Shown here piece after piece: positions 58,101-64,000 of a DNA stretch of 64,000 nucleotides. The notes under the pieces were generated by a model. That model was not told where the DNA came from. It did no database searches and worked only from the letters and a program-made list of their open reading frames with translations. The position numbers were made by a program, and so were the translations under genes. This DNA is from an uncultured Bacteroidales bacterium (GTDB lineage Bacteria > Bacteroidota > Bacteroidia > Bacteroidales > VadinHA17): contig CAVURA010000011.1 in NCBI GenBank assembly GCA_963743775.1, forward strand, positions 42,864 through 106,863, in the 5' to 3' direction. Position 1 is the first letter of the stretch. Every line of letters starts with the position of its first letter.

Positions 58101-58608
58101 AATCGTCGCCGAAGATCTCCTTATATGACAGCATGGCTTCCTCAGCGCCTTTCATGTTACCCGAGAGGATCTCCTGAGCAGCCTCGCCTGCGATACAGGC
58201 TGATGATACTATGAGGCCTTCGCTGTGGGCACGCAAAAGAGCCTTATCGATGCGCGGCCTGTAGTAAAATCCCTTTATCCATGCCTGAGAGACCAGCTTC
58301 ACGAGATTTTTATAGCCTGCAAGGTTTTTTGCCAGCAGGATCAGGTGGTCTCCTGAACGGTCTTCGACAGAGGTTTTATCCTCCAGTGACGTACGGGCTA
58401 CATAAATCTCGCATCCGATTATGGGCTTCAGTGAAGCGGCTGTGGCCACGTCATGAAACTCTTTTACCCCGAACATATTACCGTGGTCGGTGATGGCAAG
58501 AGCCTCCATGCCGAGGTCCCTGGCTCTTTTTACAAGAGCCTTTATTCCCGATGCACCATCCAGGATAGAGTATTGTGTATGTACGTGTAAATGAGTGAAT
58601 GAGGACAT
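55123..58608 (-). CDS. dnaE: DNA polymerase III alpha subunit
   Basis: The PHP domain starts FTHLHVHTQYSILDG, followed by the polymerase core (GPGRGSAAGS, MPDIDIDF) and a C-terminal OB region. I moved the start to the ATG at 58608 (MSSFTHL). Confidence 0.9.
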   Translation of the reverse strand: MSSFTHLHVHTQYSILDGASGIKALVKRARDLGMEALAITDHGNMFGVKEFHDVATAASLKPIIGCEIYVARTSLEDKTSVEDRSGDHLILLAKNLAGYKNLVKLVSQAWIKGFYYRPRIDKALLRAHSEGLIVSSACIAGEAAQEILSGNMKGAEEAMLSYKEIFGDDYYLEIQRHETSDPTADTTVFPLQQRVIAAYRELAAKHNVKIIATNDVHFIMADEAEAHDRLICINTVKDIDDPDRLRYTKQEYLKTEEEMLAVFADIPEAVLNTKEVADKIEYYSLSSQPIMPDFAIPPEFADKDEYLRHLTMKGAAARWTNITPELQARLDFELSVIKNMGFPGYFLIVQDFLRAAREMGVWVGPGRGSAAGSAVAYSLRITDIDPIQYNLLFERFLNPDRISMPDIDIDFDEDGREKVLKYVVDKYGHDRVAHIITFGTMAAKMAIRDVARVQKLPLPEAIRLTKLVPERPGITLATAYDEVPELLKERESKEPLVAQTLKYAEVLEGSIRQTGVHACGIIISRDNISDHIPICTAKDTELYVTQYEGNHVESVGLLKMDFLGLKTLSILKDAVENITKSKGITIDLDTLSLKDKRTWELFSNAETTGVFQFESVGMKRYLRDLKPNQFGDLIAMNALYRPGPMDYIPLFIRRKNGKEKIKYELPAMEKYLKETYGITVYQEQVMLLSQELAGFTKGQADSLRKAMGKKKKTIMDKLKVEFVEGCRRNGYDENTLNKIWSDWEAFAEYAFNKSHSTCYALIAYQTGYLKANYPAEFMAAVLSRNISDIKKITVMMEETKRMGMEVLGPDVNESLLHFTVNRNGNIRFGLGAIKGVGENAVLHLIEEREKNGPYKDIYELAERTNLNTLNKKMLESMVVSGAFDSLPGLTRAQYFSADGKGSSFLESLIRYGHSVKNIRNSTQQSLFGDSGGFELVRPEPAPCPDWSKLEKLNKEKQVIGIYLSSHPLDDYRLEINTFCNATLADLQNLSEFANREVCVAGLVTDTRSGVTKNGKPFGGFTLQDYTDSFTFLLFDKEYVSFSNFFNTDYQLLIKGKVQARFYNPDELELRIKEIHLLSAVREDLINSITIKVKTELINPEFITNLKTLISENPGNKTLKFLLIDHDDKITLPLFSRSIKAGITNELIGWLEDNPELDFKVN

Positions 58609-58706
58609 ATTATCGGGGAATAAGCCAGCGCCGCTGCCGGAAACAAAAATAAGGAAAAGGTACATCCCCCGTCATTTTTTTTATTAACATGATCGTTGTG
58701 ATAATT

Positions 58707-58737
58707 TTTGTTACCTCGATTTATTGTAATATATTTG
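58707..58737 (+). promoter_or_regulatory. Bacteroidota-type promoter of rpsP-rimM
   Basis: TTTG lies at 58707..58710 and TATATTTG at 58730..58737, with a 19-nt spacer. The site is about 45 nt before the rpsP ATG. Confidence 0.5.
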
Positions 58738-58783
58738 CACCCTCATTGAAAAAAACAGAGTTATAATCTTAATTAAATTTTAA

Positions 58784-59461
58784 ATGTCAGTAAAGATCAG
58801 ATTAGCTAGGAAAGGCCGCACAAAGCTGGCCTACTACCACATCGTGGTAGCAGATAGCAGGTCGCCACGTGATGGCAGATTCATCGAGAAGATTGGAACA
58901 TACAATCCTCTCACTGACCCGGCAACAATCGACGTAAATTTCGAGAAGGCATTGGGTTGGCTGCATAAAGGTGCGCAACCTACGGACACATGCAGGGCAA
59001 TCCTTAAGTACAAGGGAGTCATGATGAAGAAACACCTTATGGAAGGTGTGAAGAAAGGCGCCTTCGACGAGGCTGAAGCCGACCGCCGGTTTAATGAATG
59101 GCTGAAGGGCAAGGATGAGAAGATAGAAGCGAAGAAATCAGGCCTGGAGAAGAAAGGTGAAGAGACGCGCAAGCAGAGACTTGAGGCTGAGACAACGGTG
59201 AAGGAGGCAAGGGCAGCAGCATATGCGAAGAAGCTTGCCGCACTGGCCGCTGAGGCCGAGGCAGCAGCCAAAGCCGCCGCCGCACCTGAGGCCGTCGCAG
59301 AAGTGGCAGCAGAAACAGTTGCAGAACCAGTGGCTGAAGTAGTAGCTGAGGTTGAAGCTGTTGCTGAGGTTGAGACCGAAGCCCCCGCTGCCGAGGCTGT
59401 AGCTGAGACGAAGGCCGAAGCAAAGGAAGAAACTGCAGAAGAGAAAGAGAAGACTGAGTAA
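58784..59461 (+). CDS. rpsP: 30S ribosomal protein S16 with long Ala/Glu/Lys-rich C-terminal extension
   Basis: The N-terminus is [42 protein letters not shown]. The roughly 140 residues after the S16 core are low-complexity (AEAVAEV-type). Confidence 0.9.
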   Translation: MSVKIRLARKGRTKLAYYHIVVADSRSPRDGRFIEKIGTYNPLTDPATIDVNFEKALGWLHKGAQPTDTCRAILKYKGVMMKKHLMEGVKKGAFDEAEADRRFNEWLKGKDEKIEAKKSGLEKKGEETRKQRLEAETTVKEARAAAYAKKLAALAAEAEAAAKAAAAPEAVAEVAAETVAEPVAEVVAEVEAVAEVETEAPAAEAVAETKAEAKEETAEEKEKTE

Positions 59462-59486
59462 CAGTCTTCGTTCCCTGCCACCGCCA

Positions 59487-59981
59487 GTGAAAACAATTGG
59501 CAGAATAACAAAAACGTACGGCTTCGAAGGAGCCGTGATCGTCAGAAACGAAGGCGGCATTGCAAGGGAACCAAAACAGGGTGAACCGGTATTCGTCGTT
59601 ATCGACGGCATACCGGTTCCCTTTTTTACCCGCGAGGCCTGGTCTCCCTCACCGGGAACACTGATAATATCGTTTGACGATTACCTGACCGAAAAGTCTG
59701 TCATCGGCTTTAAGGGATGCGAGGTGAGAACCGGCCGGGAGGATAATGTCAGGCATGATCCCAATTCCCTGGAAGGATATACGATCATTGATAAACAAAG
59801 CGGTTTCAGTGGCGTAATAGCACACGTGATACAAAACCCCGGACAGATGATTGCCGCAGTCACCTCCCCGGCGGGTGAGATCCTGATCCCGATGCACCAG
59901 GACCTGATAATCTCAGTTGACAAAAAAAGAAAGCAGATCGTGATGTCTCTTCCGTCAGGACTGACCGGAATAAACACCTGA
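59487..59981 (+). CDS. rimM: Ribosome maturation factor RimM
   Basis: GTG start. The N-terminus is IGRITKTYGFEGAVIV, followed by a PRC-barrel-like C-terminal half. It sits directly after rpsP, the conserved order. Confidence 0.8.
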   Translation: MKTIGRITKTYGFEGAVIVRNEGGIAREPKQGEPVFVVIDGIPVPFFTREAWSPSPGTLIISFDDYLTEKSVIGFKGCEVRTGREDNVRHDPNSLEGYTIIDKQSGFSGVIAHVIQNPGQMIAAVTSPAGEILIPMHQDLIISVDKKRKQIVMSLPSGLTGINT

Positions 59982-60062
59982 ACGCCTCCATTTTTCAGCC
60001 GCCAGTGCAGCGTTGCCGTTCCTGTAACGTCTTTGTTATATAAATTCCAAAATAAACCGATC

Positions 60063-60758
60063 ATGAAAAAATTATTGTCATCCGCATTTGCATTACTGTT
60101 GTTCGTTTCAGCAGCAACGGCACAGGACACATACAAGGAAACCAGGAATCTCACCGGCTTCGATGAAGTTAGCTTTTCCCTGGCAGGCGAAGTATATATT
60201 TCGTTAGGGCAGGGATTCAGTGTCGTGCTTGAAGGGGATAAGGAGTATCTCAGTGGAGTGGTTACAAAAGTCAGCGGCGGCGAGCTGGTTATCAAACGTG
60301 ACAATTGGCTCAATTTCGATAATCATAAGGTAATTGTTCATCTAACAATGCCAGCCCTTAACGGAATTGATGTGTCGGGATCAGGCAAAGTGATGGTTAC
60401 TGATCCGCTTAAGAGTGATGATTTTGAAGCTGATATCAGCGGAAGCGGCAAGATTTACCTGAAAGAGGTTACCATGGGAGATGTCAAATGTGATATTTCA
60501 GGATCAGGAAGTTTCGTTGCAGAGGGCACAGGCAGCATGAACAGTCTAGAGGTTAATATTTCAGGATCAGGAAGTTACAAGGGTGAATCGACAAAGATCG
60601 GCACTTTTGAAGCCAGCATCTCAGGCAGCGGAACCTGCGACTGCTATGTAACCGAAATGCTCAGGGCTTCCATCTCAGGCAGTGGCAGTATCTGGTATTC
60701 CGGTAATCCCAAGATTGACGCTTCCATATCCGGATCCGGCAAGGTGCGGACAAAATAA
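60063..60758 (+). CDS. DUF2807 / head-GIN-domain (beta-helix) secreted protein
   Basis: The signal peptide is MKKLLSSAFALLLFVSAATAQ. (I/V)SGSG motifs recur roughly every 20-25 residues, about eight times. Confidence 0.6.
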   Translation: MKKLLSSAFALLLFVSAATAQDTYKETRNLTGFDEVSFSLAGEVYISLGQGFSVVLEGDKEYLSGVVTKVSGGELVIKRDNWLNFDNHKVIVHLTMPALNGIDVSGSGKVMVTDPLKSDDFEADISGSGKIYLKEVTMGDVKCDISGSGSFVAEGTGSMNSLEVNISGSGSYKGESTKIGTFEASISGSGTCDCYVTEMLRASISGSGSIWYSGNPKIDASISGSGKVRTK

Positions 60759-60780
60759 TTACCCAGTACGGGCAAAATAG

Positions 60781-61356
60781 TTACTCCCGGAGGATTTTTA
60801 CAGCTCCGTTTCCGGAGACCCTTATGACCGAAGAGGCCGCAGACCTGCTTCGGTCATACTGTCTGTACAGGCAGACATAATCAGCTGCCCTGATCACCTC
60901 TTCGCTTATCTCATCAAAGAGTGCCGGGGCATCTGTACCGCTTATATTGGCTGATGTGGAAACAATGGGTTTGCGGAAGGCAGTGATCAGCTCATCACAG
61001 AACGGGTCGCTGCATATCCTCACACCCACCGAACCGTCTGCCGAAGCCACACCCGCCGCCAGGCTGCGCCCCCTGTCATAGACGATTGTAAGGGGCTTCT
61101 GCGACAGCTCCGCCATCTGCAGAGCCACCTCGGGCGGATCAGCAACATATCTTTCGAGCATCGATACCGAGTTTACGAGTATGATCAGGCTCTTGCTGTC
61201 ATCCCTCTCCTTGATGCCAAAGATCTTTTGCACTGCCAGTGCGTTGGTAGCATCACAACCCAGTCCCCAGATAGTGTCAGTCGGGTAAAGGATGACACCT
61301 CCCGCACGCAGCACCTTCAGGGCATTCATAATATCGTCGCCGTACTCGCTTTTCAT
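60781..61356 (-). CDS. tsaC: L-threonylcarbamoyladenylate synthase (YrdC/TsaC type)
   Basis: YrdC-domain motifs are GGVILYPTDTIWGLGCDA, PLTIVY, VGVRI and VSTSANISG. Confidence 0.8.
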   Translation of the reverse strand: MKSEYGDDIMNALKVLRAGGVILYPTDTIWGLGCDATNALAVQKIFGIKERDDSKSLIILVNSVSMLERYVADPPEVALQMAELSQKPLTIVYDRGRSLAAGVASADGSVGVRICSDPFCDELITAFRKPIVSTSANISGTDAPALFDEISEEVIRAADYVCLYRQYDRSRSAASSVIRVSGNGAVKILRE

Positions 61357-62174
61357 ACCATTACATCGTTTTCACGGAGTGCATTGTTCAGCGAAGTCTT
61401 CTTATCCGTTGATTCTTTTCTTTTTCCTATTATAAGTGCACAAGGTACATTGTATGTCCCTGACGGATAATCCCTGGCGTAAGTTCCGGGTATGACCACG
61501 CTGCGCGGAGGCACATATCCGCGATATTCGATCGGTTCGCTGCCTGTCACGTCAATGATCTTCGTTGAGCCGGTGATGACTGTGGCAGCGGCTATCACTG
61601 CCTCGGTGCATATGCGCGCCCCTTCGACAATAATGGCGCGTGATCCGATGAAACAGTTGTCCTCAACGATCACCGGTGCAGCCTGCACAGGCTCGAGAAC
61701 CCCACCGAGGCCAACTCCGCCACTGAGATGGACGTTTTTTCCCACCTGGGCGCATGAGCCCACCGTAGCCCAGGTGTCAACCATGGTGCCCTCTTCAACC
61801 CTTGCCCCGATATTTATGAACGAAGGCATCAGTATCACCCCCCGGGCAAGATAAGAGCCATAGCGGGCGACAGCATGAGGCACCACCCTCACTCCAAGTT
61901 CCTCATAGTTATGCTTGAGGTCGATCTTGTCACGAAACTCCAGAGGTCCGGCAACGGTGGTCTTCATCTCCCTCATGGGGAAATAAAGGATGACGGCTTT
62001 CTTGATCCATTCGTTCACCACCCACGCATCACCCTCAGGCTGTGCCACACGCAACAGACCTCTGTCGAGAGCTCCGATCACCTCTTCGACGGCTCTTCTT
62101 ACCTCCTCATCCTGAAGCATTCCGCGCTCTTCCCACGCTGCCTCTATTAAATCGCGCCTGTATTCCATTGTCAA
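61353..62174 (-). CDS. dapD: Tetrahydrodipicolinate N-succinyltransferase
   Basis: It has a hexapeptide-repeat left-handed beta-helix (GVILMPSFINIGARVEEGTMVDTWATVGSCAQVGKNVHLSGGVGLGG). The N-terminal domain and 273-aa size are typical of Bacteroidota DapD. Its stop overlaps the tsaC start (ATGA). Confidence 0.8.
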   Translation of the reverse strand: MTMEYRRDLIEAAWEERGMLQDEEVRRAVEEVIGALDRGLLRVAQPEGDAWVVNEWIKKAVILYFPMREMKTTVAGPLEFRDKIDLKHNYEELGVRVVPHAVARYGSYLARGVILMPSFINIGARVEEGTMVDTWATVGSCAQVGKNVHLSGGVGLGGVLEPVQAAPVIVEDNCFIGSRAIIVEGARICTEAVIAAATVITGSTKIIDVTGSEPIEYRGYVPPRSVVIPGTYARDYPSGTYNVPCALIIGKRKESTDKKTSLNNALRENDVMV

Positions 62175-62330
62175 CGCAAAATTACTAATTGTATATACAG
62201 ATTGTTAAAAACAATTATACCTATTATTCGGCATACATTCCTGACATGCAAACATATTTTTGGTGCGCTGAAAAAATAAAAACAGAGCTCAATAACTTCA
62301 TCTGAGGTTAGGTTTTGTAAAAAAACTAAT

Positions 62331-62338
62331 TAGTTTTG
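62331..62338 (+). promoter_or_regulatory. Candidate -7 box (TAGTTTTG) upstream of hppA
   Basis: It matches TAnnTTTG and lies 30 nt before ATG 62368. Confidence 0.3.
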
Positions 62339-62367
62339 TACCTCAAATCGTCTAAAAACCTAAGATT

Positions 62368-64000
62368 ATGATCAGTAGTTTATTCTGGATTGTTCCGATT
62401 TCATCGGTCTTGGCTTTGTTGTTTGCCTGGATCTTTTACAGGGGTATGATGAAAGAGGAAGAAGGGACAGACAAGATGAAGAGTATTGCTGCCTATGTCA
62501 GGGAAGGTGCAATGGCATACCTGAAAAGCCAGTATACGGTTGTTACCAAGGTATTCATCGTTCTGGCTATTTTATTGACGCTCCTTGCTTTTCTGGGTGT
62601 ACAGAACCCGTTTGTTCCAATTGCCTTCCTTACAGGAGGTTTCTTTTCCGGGCTGTGCGGTTACCTCGGAATGAGAACTGCAACATTTGCATCGAACAGG
62701 ACTGCCTGGGGCGCTTCAAAATCCCTTAACAGAGGATTAAAAATCGCTCTCAGGAGCGGTGCAGTCATGGGACTGGTTGTTGTGGGATTTGGATTGCTTG
62801 ATATTGCATTATGGTTCATTTTTCTTACAAAGGTTGTGTTCACCCCCGAACATCTGGTTACAGGAGTGCAATGGCTGGGTCTGACATTTGTTCAGCCTGG
62901 CATTGACCAGCACCAGGCATTTGTTGAGATAACTGCAACCATGATCACCTTCGGTATGGGTGCATCAACACAGGCACTCTTTGCACGTGTCGGCGGCGGT
63001 ATTTTCACCAAGGCTGCCGATGTGGGAGCTGACCTTGTTGGCAAAGTTGAAGCAGGTATTCCTGAGGACGACCCCCGTAACCCTGCAACAATAGCTGATA
63101 ATGTCGGTGATAATGTTGGCGACGTGGCAGGTATGGGTGCAGACCTTTATGAATCTTATGCCGGATCTATACTTTCAACTGCTGCTCTGGGAGCTGCCCT
63201 TCCGCTGATAGTCGGTCAGGATGACCTGCAGATTAAAGCTATAATTGCCCCGATGCTGGTCTCTGCAATTGGAATATTGCTTTCAATAGCAGGCGTTTAT
63301 CTTGTAAGGACCAAAGAAGATGCGTCTCCGAAGACTCTTCTCCGTGCCCTTCTTCTTGGAACCGGAGGCAGTTCAGCCCTGATACTGGTTGTGTTAGCAG
63401 TTATGGCTGCGACAGGCTTGATTACATGGGGCGTATTCGGAGCTGCAGTTGCAGGCCTTGCTGCCGGTGTCATCATTGGCCAGTCTACGGAATATTTTAC
63501 ATCAGACGGTTATAAACCCACCCAGGGTATAGCTGAACAATCAAAGCAGGGGCCGGCTACCGTAATTATTGAGGGCATGGCTGTCGGAATGATGTCAACA
63601 TGGGTCCCTGTCCTTACAATAGTTGCTGGTATCATAGCAGCGTTTGGTTTTGCCGGTGGATTCCATAATTTTGCTACAGGTATTTACGGTGTCGGTTTTG
63701 CCGCAGTAGGAATGCTTTCCACGCTTGGAATTACCCTGGCAACTGATGCATTCGGCCCGATTGCTGACAACGCCGGCGGAAACGCCGAGATGTCAGAACT
63801 TCCTGAAGAAGTTAGGGAAAGAACAGATGCTCTTGACGGACTTGGAAACACAACTGCAGCTACAGGCAAAGGCTTTGCCATTGGTTCGGCAGCACTTACT
63901 GCACTGGCTCTTGTTGCCGCATATATGGAAGAGGTAAAACTGTGGCTTGGCAGACTTGCTGATAAAAGCGTCGATGGCTATAAACAGATAGGCGATGTGC
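62368..64000 (+). CDS. hppA: Membrane-bound proton/sodium-translocating pyrophosphatase (3' end outside window)
   Basis: This gene is not in the supplied ORF track because there is no stop before the window end. My own translation from ATG 62368 gives [56 protein letters not shown].... The diagnostic motifs are [20 protein letters not shown] and [21 protein letters not shown]. The frame is open to nt 63999. Confidence 0.9.
   Translation, partial: MISSLFWIVPISSVLALLFAWIFYRGMMKEEEGTDKMKSIAAYVREGAMAYLKSQYTVVTKVFIVLAILLTLLAFLGVQNPFVPIAFLTGGFFSGLCGYLGMRTATFASNRTAWGASKSLNRGLKIALRSGAVMGLVVVGFGLLDIALWFIFLTKVVFTPEHLVTGVQWLGLTFVQPGIDQHQAFVEITATMITFGMGASTQALFARVGGGIFTKAADVGADLVGKVEAGIPEDDPRNPATIADNVGDNVGDVAGMGADLYESYAGSILSTAALGAALPLIVGQDDLQIKAIIAPMLVSAIGILLSIAGVYLVRTKEDASPKTLLRALLLGTGGSSALILVVLAVMAATGLITWGVFGAAVAGLAAGVIIGQSTEYFTSDGYKPTQGIAEQSKQGPATVIIEGMAVGMMSTWVPVLTIVAGIIAAFGFAGGFHNFATGIYGVGFAAVGMLSTLGITLATDAFGPIADNAGGNAEMSELPEEVRERTDALDGLGNTTAATGKGFAIGSAALTALALVAAYMEEVKLWLGRLADKSVDGYKQIGDV

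Noticed and set aside
58834-59511. 225-aa minus-strand ORF (and 59091..59423, 59138..59611) opposite rpsP
   Set aside because: It is a low-complexity Ala/Ser translation of the antisense of the GCN/GAR-rich S16 tail. The S16 N-terminus on the plus strand is unambiguous.

Overview
This 64-kb chromosomal segment reads as Bacteroidota, probably Bacteroidales-like. Supporting signs are a T9SS C-terminal sorting domain, an S46 dipeptidyl-peptidase, a lipoprotein TamL-type Omp85, TAnnTTTG -7 promoter boxes, and almost no Shine-Dalgarno sequences. About 47 genes are tightly packed and mostly housekeeping. They include: tamB with two Omp85-like genes; a tricorn-like protease; a TldD/PmbA pair; a TolC-MacA-MacB efflux operon followed by a LytS/LytTR two-component pair; two tandem DUF5916/CBM9-like paralogues; rnhA, rnhB and an S46 peptidase; GT4 plus a flippase; prfB with its programmed +1 frameshift; methylmalonyl-CoA mutase mutA/mutB; recX, prmC, ribD, a LOG-family gene, trxA, dnaE, rpsP, rimM, tsaC and dapD; and a 3'-truncated hppA that is missing from the ORF track. 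I found no rRNA, tRNA, CRISPR array, transposase or integrase by eye. Six things merit a second look. (1) A two-gene operon pairs a secreted TPR/caspase-fold protein with a beta-propeller/SpoIIE(PP2C) transmembrane sensor phosphatase (48.5-54.2 kb). (2) A small T9SS-CTD protein sits next to a collagen-like/C1q-like secreted protein (36.5-38.1 kb). (3) An orphan SiaC-like DUF1987 gene is translationally coupled to a ProX/YbaK-like gene. (4) A LytTR-style 9-bp direct repeat with a 12-bp spacer lies upstream of the efflux/two-component operon. (5) A family of heptanucleotide-phased GGCAnTn/GCAnnnn repeats and GCGAAGC mini-hairpins occurs in several intergenic regions. (6) Eight frameshifts are concentrated in only four genes. 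All functional calls come from motif recognition by eye; no database search was run.
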